Shown one piece after another: positions 40,981 through 52,149 of a stretch of 64,000 nucleotides of DNA; within the stretch, counting starts at the first letter, position 1; each line of letters starts with the position of its first letter. The notes below the pieces were generated by a model. The model did not search any database. It was not told where the DNA came from and saw only the letters and a program-made list of their open reading frames with translations. Position numbers and translations under genes: made by a program. Source of the stretch: Camelus ferus (Eukaryota); contig NC_045696.1 in the NCBI RefSeq assembly GCF_009834535.1, positions 17,176,001-17,240,000 on the forward strand. Direction: 5' to 3'.

Positions 40981-41904
40981 ATAATTAATATATATGTAAC
41001 AGATATATATAATGTACACATATATAATAAGCATTCATATACACATATATATGAGTGTATCTTTGTGAATATATTGAATTTTACTCATCATTACAAGATG
41101 TAGGTAAGATATTATGTAGTGAGCAGACTCCCTTGTCGTTATTATGTTATGACACATTGACCATCTACAAGCTTGAAACTGTTGTTCAGGATCCATATCT
41201 CTCTAGCTTTACTGAAGTTCATGACAGGGTGATAAGGTCTTCCAAACAAGGGACAATGCCAGAGAGAACTAGTTAATGATGCTTTGTTTAGGCTTTCTCA
41301 TATTAATGGAAATACATATATTCTGCATTTAAATTGTTCCTACCTGCAAAGTTGTATTTGATAAGATGATAAATAGATCAAATAAATTTCTAAATCAGTA
41401 ACATTCTAAGGGTTATCAAATCACTCTGTCATAATTCAGAGAGGAAGCTATGCCATGGCAACATTAAATGATTTTGCCATTACTACATGTTTTATGTCCA
41501 GAGTTAAATTCAGGCTTTAGAATGTTCTTTCCAGTGATGTGTATCAAGTGATGTCTACTATCTCTAACAGATTATTTGTATGACTTCTGGTATTGCAGCT
41601 GCACAAAACAGAACAGTTGGTTATTCCACTGAATGGGAGGATAACAAAAGATCAATGGATATTTTGAAGACAACTGAGAAACTGACAGAAATATCCAGAG
41701 AGGAATAGCTGGGTTTGTGATTGAGGGATCTAAACTCCATCTATTTTCTTCTTTACTTAGTCCTCTTTAATATGTTAATATGTATGTATATTAAAAAGGA
41801 AAGGGAAAAATAACTGATATTTTGTTGAAATAAATTAAATCCATATGCATGACTTATATGAAATTAAGAAATATGTTTTCATAGGTGCTTCCAGAGATGG
41901 GATA

Positions 41905-42076
41905 TTTTTCATTTTTCTTTTTTTTTTTTTTCAGCTTCTTTTGTTGTTGTTTTGGGGGGGTAATTAGGTTTATTTATTTATTTATTTACTTTTTTCATGG
42001 GGGTACTGGGAATTGAACCCAGGGCCTTGTGCACGCTAAGCACATGCTCTACCCTTGAGCTATACCCCCTCCCCCC
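41905..42076 (-). mobile_element. tRNA-derived SINE (camelid Vic-1-like)
   Basis: Reverse strand ggggagggggtatagctcaagggtagagcatgtgcttagcgtgcacaaggccctgggttcaattcccagtacc, with A/B boxes and an A-rich tail. Confidence 0.85.
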
Positions 42077-43234
42077 AATAGCTCTTAATAGAAGATCTGT
42101 GATATAGTAGGCTTTAATTAGAGTGCTAATGAGCAAAAAGATAATTGCACTTACAGTGTCCTGAGATGAGAGTCAAGATGCAGCAGGTGGACAGGAAATA
42201 CTGCAGCGTGTCAGGGAGAAACAACATTTCAATGAATGCAGCGGCGTACATATATCATGCAACTGAAAGAAGATAAATGAAATAAAAACATGAATGAAGC
42301 AGCTTCAGTGTTGTTAATTAGGCTCATTCATGCTCCATTGATGCTGCAATTTACCACTCCACCCTCTTGCAGCCAATTGTGCAAATGCTCTCATGCTTCC
42401 AGTAGCTATAAATGGTGTTTAATATGTGGTCCCATGAGGTGTGGTTACAACACTATGAGTGTTCATTTAACAGATTTTCTTTTAATATATAATATTTTCT
42501 TTCACAAGATATTAGTAAATCCATTACTGCTTTTTTAACAGTTAGAAGTAATTTTTATATGATTTCTAATACCTGGTACTAAGACTCAGATTACTGAACT
42601 TTTTACATTGTTTAGCAATATTGCTTAATTATTTTAAAAATATACACAGTTTCCACACATAGCACCATTTGGCAAGTTAAATGTTGCAGACTGTCTCTAT
42701 ATAGATATATGGACATTGGTTTAAAAGAACCATGATGTTTTAATTTAGAAACATATGATTTAAAAGCATAATATTTGCCTAAAAGTTGATTATTGTGCCC
42801 TTTAATACACAGCATTTACATGAAAGTATTTTGTTCTGTTTATGTTTTCCTTTAACATTTTTGATCATACGTATATGGTATATATTGGTATGACCAATTC
42901 AATGGCACTAAACAAATGTTACACACAGGCTGGAATGCCAGGCAAAGGCTCGGAAACACATAATCAGTGTAAGATGTCATAATGGCATCATTGTCAGCTG
43001 TGAAAAACAAGTGAGCCTGTGACACTTCTGACAAAGCAATTAAATGAGAAATTGCATGTTCAGACATTTAGTGCAGGGTCTAGCTCACAGGAGATGCTCA
43101 GTATAAATATGACCTGTTATTGTTACTGGTGTCCTGGATAGTTTTGAGCTTACTCTAAATTGTTTCTGATTTATATTCATGGAAAGAAATGTGAATTTAT
43201 TAGATATTATTGGTTATTAAACTTTAAAAGGAAA

Positions 43235-43700
43235 ATTTAAAAATGAGCAGAGGAACCAAATAGACTTTTTTTTCCCAAAGAAGACATACACATGGCCAAC
43301 ACAAAAAGATGCTTAACATTGCTAATCATCTGGGAAATGTAATTCAAAACCACAATGAGCTATTATCTCACATCTATTAGAATGATTATCACACACAGAA
43401 AAAAAAATAAGAAATAACAAGCATTGGTGAGGATGGGAGGAAAGGGAATCTGTGTACACTGTTGGTGTGAATGCAAATTGCATGGAAAACTATGGAAAAC
43501 TGTATAGTGGTTCCTCAAAGAATTAAAAATAGATCTATCATATTATCCAGCGATTCCACCTTGGGGTATATATTCAAAAGAAAATCACTATCTCAGAGAG
43601 ATACCTGCATTCCCATGTTCATTGCAGCATTATTTACAATAGTCAAGACACCAAAACAAAAAAAAATCTGTATCCATTGAGGGATAAACTGATAAAGAAA

Positions 43701-43735
<35 letters not shown>

Positions 43736-44237
43736 CTGGTGGAATATTACTCAGTCATAAAAAGAAGGAACTCCTGCCCTGCCGTTTACCACAGCATGGA
43801 TAGACCTTGAGGACATTATTCTAAGTGAAATAAGTAGGAAAAGAAAAGTCAAATACCATACAATTTCATTTATTTGTGGAATGTAAAACAAACACAACAT
43901 AAAAATTGAACTCATAGATAGAGAGAATAGACTGGTAGTTGCTAGAGGCTAGGATGGGGAGTGGGGGATGAGTGAAGGTGGTCAAAATGTGCAAATTTCC
44001 ATTTCTGAGATCAACAATTCTGAGGAGATAAAGGACAGCATGGTGACTCCAGTTAACAACACCATATTAAAAGGTGCTATGGGAATGTATCTGAAAAGTT
44101 CTCATCACAAGAAAAACAATGTAACTATCTGAGGGAATGGATACTAACTCATTGTAGTAATCATTTTACAACGTGTACATGTATCAGATCATTATGGTAG
44201 AACTCAAACTATCACAATGTTATATATCAATTGTATC
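43235..44237 (+). mobile_element. L1MA-type 3' ORF2 end and 3' UTR
   Basis: caaagaagacatacacatggccaac; cccatgttcattgcagcattatttacaatag; aaaagttctcatcacaagaaaa; caatgttatatatcaatt. Contains (TA)n at ~43704-43732. Confidence 0.9.
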
Positions 44238-44519
44238 AAAGAGATACAATTGATATATATCTCTTCAAAGAGATATCTCTTCAAAGAGATAAAGTATTCT
44301 ATAGAGTTTTATCAAAAGGTTCAGCTAATTTGGGGAATTAGTTGGTCCAACATGGACCTCAGACAAGAGAGGAATTTGTTCTGGGATTTAACAGCTTTTT
44401 AAAAGTTTTGTTTATTTCTATGATAAGTTCTCACTAAGAGGGTAGAAAAAATTATTTAGAGGTTAAGATCATGAAATATCAGAGGTGAGCAAGGAAAGTT
44501 GTAGGGGACAAAGTCATAA

Positions 44520-45900
44520 TGAGGTTAAGTGGATAGTTTCAGTCCTTCACTTACAGTTTCTCATTTCAGTCAAAAGAGAGACTGAGTCTCATAATTTAAC
44601 AAATTTTGTTAATTCTTCCAAATCTATACCACAAGTATCAGCTGAAATCTCTGACTCTTTGGTGATGGCTGGTATCAGAGCTTCTCACAACTATTACTTT
44701 TTGTAGTTGAATTTCAATTATTTATTAAATGAATTGCTATTTAGAATATTTTAAGATTCTAGAGAAAGTACAGGGCAAAAGGAGAACCCTGTGACTACAG
44801 CAAGGATGGAAACTAGAATTATTAGGAGGACTTGAACAATACTTTTAAGCCAAGATTCTTCCCAACCTGAAATCATTGAAGAAAACATAGAACACCCCAA
44901 TGTCCCAAGTCTGTAACAAGGTTTGAGTATCAGCAGGCTTGTATATAATGCCCTTCATCTTTCTGATGCACAAAAAAATCAAGGTTAAGAAAAAAACTTT
45001 TAAGAATACCAATTTAACCATTGAAAACTTAAAACCAACGGAAAGATGGAAAAAGAATGAAAAGAAGGCTAGCAAGAGACAAAGGAAAGTGTGGCAGTCA
45101 GGGAAAGTTTGGGCAGAAAATGTCCATATCTAATAATCTTCTAATATCTAAGGTCCTTGGGAGAGCTGTCTCCTCACAATGACTTCTGGAGGCTCCTGAA
45201 AAAATGTGCTTGAGATCTACCATCAGCATAGAAATTTGGCAGGTGAGTGCATGAAGTCTCTCTAACTGGGAGACATAAGTTCACTGGAATCTTACTGAAG
45301 TGTTCGTGATTAACTGTAATGTCCCGCCAATGAGGCTCAAAGGCACTCTTACACGGCTGTTATTTCTAGTATACTGAACATCTGGGCTGAAGGTCATTCA
45401 GGGATTCTTAAATTTTATCCTTGGGAAGGCTACTGAACCTGTTGACGATAAGCTTGCGCAAGAGCTATGAAACGTTATTTGGCTACGCCAGCCTATAAAA
45501 TAGCAGAATCAAGGTCAGGAGTTGAGGTTTCCAGAGGCACAGTGCATCCAGTAACGAGCTCCTACGAGGATGCACGAGTTACCATTGGAGTGGACTTATA
45601 GAGCAGAAGACACTAGCAATGTGAGCTCAAAATTAAACGGTGTATTTGAAAAGTACTTTAAACAGTTTTATTGCTTAACAATGCTTATCTTCCTGTAAAA
45701 CTCTCATTAATTATACCAGCTAACTTTGCTGAAATAATGGCACTGCACTTTGCTTTTTTTGTGTTTGTTTTGTAGTTTTGTTATGAGATGGGGGTGTGAG
45801 TTCTACATAAAAGGCTAGTATATGATTAAAGACCTCTTATAAACATAAGTATTTATGGGATTCAATTATATTTGTTCCCAAAGGTTTCACACATAGCAAC
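44520..45900 (+). pseudogene. Endogenous bornavirus-like glycoprotein (G) element (EBLG), heavily degraded
   Basis: Colinear blocks against recalled BoDV-1 G, mostly in one frame: VSAEIS (44635) vs ISCEVS; RIIRRT*TI..SSQPEIIEEN (44815-44886) vs RIINRYTGTV..NSAPEDPFECN; C..VS..PFIF (44912-44962, shifted frame) vs C..VT..PPFMY; RLLKKCA*D (45190-45216) vs RLKRRRRD furin site; VHEVSLTGR (45247) vs VHKLRPTLK; *NSR (45496) vs YNGR; ELLRGCTSYHWSG (45556-45594) vs EARPGLKRVMWFG. The ~1.4 kb length fits a ~500 aa G. Individual blocks are weak. Confidence 0.55.
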
Positions 45901-45942
45901 TAAAACCACATACATTGCATGTAAGGAGTGACCACTGAATCA

Positions 45943-46350
45943 ATGACTAGATCATGGGTTACAAGAGGAAATGCCTCCAGCAGATGCAGTCCTGAGGGCT
46001 GGCCAGAGCTAAGTCCTGACATCAAGAAGTGAAACCCGCTCAAAATGCTCCATCTTCTCCAGGGTTCACCACTCCCCAGGTAGCAAAAGCAGAAGAAAGA
46101 TGATGTGATTAAGTCTTTTATTACTTACCTAAGAGACAAAAAGGCAATGGCTGGCAACAGATTACCATTATTTTGAGGACTCCTTTCCAAAATCAAAATC
46201 TTGAAAAGGAAGAGGTGAGTCACTGTAACCGTGACCTTGGTTGATATCAAGGTCAATGGGAGGGGAAGTTTCTATATCATTAAACTCTGACAATAGTTGG
46301 TCATATGTATCGGGGTGGGGAAGGGGAGCAGAATCTCTAATGGCTTCAGG
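45943..46350 (+). pseudogene. Endogenous bornavirus-like matrix (M) element (EBLM), degraded
   Basis: One frame from ATG 45943 reads MTRSWVT..PEGWPELSPDI (GWP at 45997-46005), SPLPR*QK (LPR at 46072-46080) and ICIGVG (IGVG at 46309-46320). Recalled BoDV-1 M has HSYV..PGWPTLMLEI..QLPREKK..RNIGVG. Motif positions are ~19/44/123 here versus ~18/51/128 in M. Six in-frame stops. Manual comparison only. Confidence 0.68.
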
Positions 46351-46714
46351 ACTCCTTCTGTATTCCCAGTGCACCCAACAATGAAGGACTGGCTGTTGAT
46401 CTGTACAAGCCATTCTGGATGCCAGATTAACCTATAAAATTTAAGAGCCCAGATGCTGCAATCTGCCCTTTACGATCCCATTAACTAGATACACTATACA
46501 AATTCATTGTTTAATTTGATTTTGAAACACTTTCACACAGCAATGTGGTATTTAATTTTTTTTTTCAGAATTCTCTAGTTCTTTCATGAATTGCTTTTAC
46601 TTTTTTGACAAGGCTTTGTAATCTTTAAGAAAATTTCTGACTCTCTTGTATTTTTCATACCCTTCCTTTTGTGTTCATTTATCTACAGCTACCTAAAGCA
46701 CAAGGGTTTTAGGG

Positions 46715-46860
46715 TTTAATATTTGTCTCTTTCACTAAAAACTAATCTTCTTGACACTAACCCTCATTTGATTTTAAGTGCCTGGTGCCTACAACAGTGG
46801 ATGAATGATGAAACCTCAGTAAATACTTATTCAACGAATAGATGAATAAATAAATAAAAA
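46715..46860 (+). mobile_element. L2 3' end fragment
   Basis: agtgcctgg...ctcagtaaatacttattcaacgaatagatgaataaataaa. Confidence 0.5.
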
Positions 46861-49409
46861 CAATCTGGATATCTAAACCTGTGCACAAGAATATGGTCAT
46901 CATCTTTCTTTGTTTACGGGTTTAGCTGTAGGTCACTAATAATAACAATAACAAATGATCTTCTATCAGAGTAGACTCCAAGTTCTTTTCTGCTTCATGG
47001 CCTTTGATCCATTTCATCTTCATCTTTTATGTATCATTCAGGTGATCAACCAGCTGTGTTTGTACTCCTTTGACACTTTCAGGATTCCTTTATAACTAGA
47101 AGATGTCATTAATTGTTGTTTATTTATTTATTTGTGATAAATAACTTTTTTGTTTTGTTTGTTTTGTTTTTTTAAACCCTATGTTAATTCCTTTTGGATT
47201 TTTTACGTGTGTTTTTATATCTTTCTTTCTTTGACTGTTCATATTTTTATCTTTTGGGTATTCACACTTTTGATAAGTTCATGATTCTGAACCATGTGAA
47301 ACTTGGTAGCGTACAAATCACAAAGCAAAGTTTTGTGATACACAAGGGCAGTATACAAGATTCTCCTTTTTTCTCTCATCCCATCTTTCTGTTTTCATAA
47401 TACATCAAAGATAACGAAAGTATCCTCTTTATTAAATTGTAGTACATCAATATCTCAGAATAGATTACACATGAACACACCTTTATTCTATAATTTGATG
47501 GCCTCTTTCAGTTTATTCTGTAACATGCTAACTTGAAATTAATCTACATCACAAAAATATTTTTTATATTTCATCAGGTCTACCTTTGAGAGCTCAGAAG
47601 TTCATACTGTGTTTACACATCTATTTTTCTTTCATAGAGTATATGAAACTATACACCTATATATATAAAACTTAGAAGTCTTCATCCAAAGGATATTTAA
47701 ACATGCCATTCAAGAAATGTTTTACTCTAAAATAATTGAAATATTAATTTACAGACTTTAACTGGGCTTAACAGTTCTACTTTTTTTCACTATTAATTAT
47801 ATGAGCCATGCTTTTTTGTTTTCATAGATAGTTGGATGAAAGTACAGATACACAGTTAGCTATGATACATGGATAGGCATGTGAATTTCAAATCAATAAT
47901 ATTTCCATTACATACGTATTCAAGAATTGCTTCCTTAAAATATTTCTAAAACCATTTCATTTTACTCACCCTCTAGTTATCAGGTTATTTAATGAAGTAT
48001 AACTTTTAATGCATAAAATATATTTTCAGTAGAAAACAATGTCTCTGATTGGAAAGAACAGGAAAGTCAATAAAAGTCACTCAGAAATTAGACAGCTTTA
48101 TTTAAACAGGGCTCTTATGAAAAATACTATAATAAGGTTTGACTGACCTAAGAAACAATACACATTGAGAAAAATCCAAAAGTTATTTTTTAAAGGACTA
48201 CAAAAAGAAAGTTTTCTTAATTTGAGAGTATACCCAGGTATTCCAAAGTGTAACATTGATATGAATTCCAATTTCCAAAGTTATGGGAAAGTTCATGTGT
48301 TCTTTTAATCTCTAACTAAAAGCAAACTATAACTTACTGAGGACACACACGTTTCTTCTTTCAAATTTTGTAGTGAATTTCTGTATTATTTTTTAGATTG
48401 GAATTCTACTGTTTAGGTAGACAGAGTCTTTCCCCATGGAAATTCAATCTACATCTTAAAAGCTTCAGTATGAAGCACTTGTTTTGTCAAGAAGGCTCAT
48501 CTTGTGGGTATATTTCATTTTTTGCTGTGAAGTGGCACGCATCTCCACAGCCACACGTGGGCTTCCTGCTGCCGTTATGAATGTGTGTAAAGTCAATTTC
48601 CATGCAGAAAAATAGCTTCAGGACTGACATAATACTAGTAATGTGAGAAGCTAGTGTTCAGCAGACTGCCACAAAAATGAAATATTTCTCTGTCAGTCGC
48701 TACTTCTCTAAGAATGCCAGGGAATGGAGATTGAATGCAACTTAGTCAGTATGGTTCAACTCAGTTTTAAAATGTATAATTTTATAAATGCTTCATTTGA
48801 ATGCATCTGTATAGAAAATGTAAGGTATATTTTTTATCATAAGATAGACTTAGCAATATTCTTAACAAGAAATATATAGGTTTACCCATTTGTTCCAGAA
48901 CTGAGTTCAGAACAGAAGGGAAGGTATAAATAATAAAGGAGTTTCTGGGAGCCTTGAAACACAAATGACTAAGTGTGGCTAACTTTGCGTTGGCACCTGT
49001 TTACCAGGTCGTAGGTTTGGTTACATTTGCTTCTTTAGCATCTTCCCAGAATAAGGGAATAGATATATTTTGAAAAAGAAATTAATAACAATGAGCTATG
49101 TATGCTAAAGATGGTCCACTGAATGCTTTTTATATCTTGGCCAATAAGGTCACCATAAAATCAAGAATGCTATTTGCTAACATTTCAAATGGTGTTTTGA
49201 GGGAATAATTCAGTTGCACAAAGAAGCAACGCATCCCCTTGCATAGGCATCCTTGAATGAGAAAAGGCCAAAAGATTATAAAATCTTAACAGAGATATAT
49301 GTAGATATGTCTTTTTGATAATTCTTAACAAACAATAGAGTTACTATAATTTGGGGTCAACCAATAAATATAAATCCATATTGCCTCTTGACCCTAATTT
49401 GAGCTGATT

Positions 49410-49412
49410 CAT

Positions 49413-49462
<50 letters not shown>
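49410..49462. repeat. (CA)n microsatellite, ~22 units
   Basis: Direct reading. Confidence 0.95.
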
Positions 49463-49467
<5 letters not shown>

Positions 49468-49509
49468 GAAACTCTTGTTGGCATTTTTCATATCTTTTCC
49501 TAGGAACTG

Positions 49510-50560
49510 TGATGGTCTCTTAGACATCACCACAGATCCCTGCAGAGTAATGCCCCTTAGTTACTGTATCGATGCTACCAACTGTCATGGGAATTATTTG
49601 CTCCTTATCTCTGGGTAGTGGTTAGTTGCTAGCATCTAGCCTTTGCAGTCTCAGAATTCTACATCAACACTGACACTAGCTCCAAAGCATCACTGCCTAC
49701 TCATCATTCTTGGGCTGGAGACAACCGCCACTGTCAAGCCTTTAACAAGCACATTCCTTATGACTTTTGCAAAGCCAGTGTCCTTGGGGACATCCTGAAG
49801 TACACAGTCACTCTAGCATGACCGATCCCTCAGCTTTTTCATTTGTTCCACACTCTTTAGCACGGCACATCTAGAAACTTCACTCCACTCATTATGGCCC
49901 ATACCACTTCCAGGAGCCACCCCTACAGCGTACTAGGGCTGGCCCCAGGTGCTCTTGAAATCCACTGAATTCTATGTTCCCTCCAAACCACAAAACTCCA
50001 TATGACTATGTTCTGTCTCATTCTTATATTTTGGCCTAGAGCTTGCAAGTCGTAGCCACAGGATTGTTTTTTGTTTGTTTGTTTCCTGTTGGTACATGTT
50101 AACCAGGTCCAACAACTCCATGTCTTTCTTCACTTACCGGTTTCAGAGCTTCTGTAGGCCATGGAAAGACTGAATAACAAGTTTTGGTTTTTTGGCCAAG
50201 AGGGAATGTGGAAGACCTTGTGGAGGGCAGTTTTGTTTTGCAAGGAATCTGCCTCAGATGAATCCATTTCACAGTGACCAGGGATCTGCTATAGTAAAGT
50301 CAGCCACTTCTGCAGGTTTAGAGGATTCAAGGAAACTGGTTTTTCAACAGTTTTGAGCCCATTTACTCAGATGTTCCCTTTCCAAGTCTCAGGGTTCTAT
50401 TTCTTTCATTTATGACTCTGATTTTGACTTACTGAGAAAACAATTCAGTTAGAACAATTCAGTTAGAACTTCTGCTACTCTTAAAGTCAGATCTTGGGCA
50501 AAATCATCAGCATCAATTTCCCTTCAGGTGCAGGAACATGTGGTCTCTTAAATGATGACA
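49510..50560 (-). mobile_element. ERV-L class gag remnant
   Basis: Reverse strand has cccaaggacactggctttgcaaaagtcataaggaatgtgcttgttaaaggc (PKDTGFAKVIRNVLVKG vs ERVL gag PEDTPFTKAIRNALVRG) and agggatctgtgg (RDLW). Confidence 0.65.
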
Positions 50561-50914
50561 TAGAAACCTAATAACTCTTCTACCATGAATTCAATTCCTA
50601 ATTGACTTACTTGAGCTTATCATTTTCTTTATTTAATGTGTTAGTGTTGAACGAAAACAATCAATTCCATAGTCCTTGTAATTACCATTCCCCCATATTT
50701 CTCTAATGCTAAAGATAGAGCATGACACAGTGAATCTTACATTTGTATTTCATCCCAGATGATGACACATAAAATAATTACCAATTGTAATGTTATAAAA
50801 CACAATATGCTGAAAATTTGTACCATTCATTGGTCAACCCGTTGCTATCTGATTGATGAGAGATCCAACTTCAGAATCATTTAAGTATACTTCCACTCCC
50901 TAGAATCACTTCCA

Positions 50915-51330
50915 TTATTGTCTTGAGTCAGGTTTCCCAGAAGCAGATAGAAAACAACTATTTATTTGCAAGCCTTTTAATAGGAAAATGTCCCTAGGGA
51001 AACCAATAAAGGCAGACATGTGGAAAACAAGATATGGAAGGGGAGAAAGTCAAAAGGGCAGAACCTCAGGCAAGGTTGCTGAGCTCTGGGATATAAGTTA
51101 GACTACACGTTTGTTCTGATATGAGAAAAGGTTGTTGGGATTTATATTCTCCCACACATGTTAGTTATGTGTTAAGTGCTGTACCAGGAGAGATGGAAGT
51201 TACCAGGCACTTCTGGGTCTTGCTGGCTATTGCAGTTTAGGCTCAGGTAGACATGGAGAGTTCTCTGAGAAAGATACTGGCTTTTAGAAGCAAAAGCACA
51301 CAATTCTGAAATTAAATAGTGATACATGGT
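50915..51330 (-). mobile_element. ERVL LTR (LTR16/LTR33-like), probably the 5' LTR of the adjacent gag remnant
   Basis: Starts tgtcttgagtcaggtttcccagaagcaga...tgcaagccttttaatagg, the typical reverse complement of an LTR16/33 3' end. Confidence 0.55.
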
Positions 51331-52149
51331 AAAGAATAAATTATAATGAACTGAGTCAGAGAAAGCACATTAAAATAACAGGAGGGCCTCTCTGAGAAAT
51401 GTATTTTGTTTAAAATTCTGAAGCAAGCAAGGCAGTTAGGTCTCCAGCTCACTGGAGGAAGAACATCTCAGGTAGAAGGAGCAGAAGAACAGAGGTCCTC
51501 AGAGGTGATCTTATGTGTCAGGCACAAATATCTACATGGATACAATAAGGCTGGAGCAGAGTGAAGGAAAAAGGAGGATGGAAAGTGGCGAAGTCTACAA
51601 AGTAAGGTAGGGAGCTGCCCTGAGGACAAGCACTGATGGCCAAGCAGCCTACGTGTTGACCTACTTGAGCTGTGTTCACTGAGGAAGAGCCATGGAGATG
51701 GACAGGATCTGTGGATGTGTGGGTCACTGCTCCCAGTGCTCAATTTGGGGGCAGTGCACAGAGATCAAGAAATGCAGGATGACAGATTTCAAGAAAGGCA
51801 TTCAGATCTTCTTTAGTTTAAGGCAGGTGACTAAGGAATCACCACCTCCTCACCTGGTATCAGTTCTGAGATATAATAATATGATAAGACAGTATCTTCC
51901 CCCCAGCTCCATTTTGCCAGCACTGCCCTTCGCTGAGGCAGAACCACACATCTCACACACAGGAACAAATCCCACCGAGATGAGGAGTCTGTGATGAAAT
52001 CTTGGTGCTTGACCTGGGCTCCATAGAGCTCTGTTTTTTCCTATGTAGAGTGTCTGGTCTCCATAGAGTTTTTCAGGTATCCAGCTCCTCTTCATGGAGG
52101 ACAGCCTACAGAAAATAAATCTTAATCAAATTAACAGTTACATCTCAGG

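Noticed and set aside
41995..42070. tRNA-like sequence (also 63415-63485)
   Set aside because: A-rich tails, flanking duplication and no proper cloverleaf: tRNA-derived SINEs, not tRNA genes.
44939..45133. Lys-rich 64-aa ORF suggesting a nucleolar-protein retrocopy
   Set aside because: Could not match it to any cellular protein; Lys-richness follows from A-rich sequence inside the G-like region.
45183..45698. Alternative reading of the same region as a nucleoprotein fossil. The frame from 45183 gives WET*VHW, SGLKVIQGFLNFILGK, LAQEL*NVIWLRQPIK and LRFPEAQCIQ*RAPTRMHELPLEW, resembling bornavirus N ([44 protein letters not shown]) and filovirus NP (SGLLIVKTVLEFILQK).
   Set aside because: Demoted, not excluded. 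The G reading covers ~1.4 kb colinearly and abuts M as in G-M-L viruses, whereas N next to M would need loss of X/P. Both readings cannot be right; an HMM search with N and G profiles would decide.
46168..46413. 81-aa minus-strand ORF
   Set aside because: No recognisable protein; antisense to the M-like fossil.
50439..50469. 14-bp tandem duplication aacaattcagttag x2 (similar short repeats at ~38829-38865)
   Set aside because: Ordinary slippage duplications with no array structure; not CRISPR-like.
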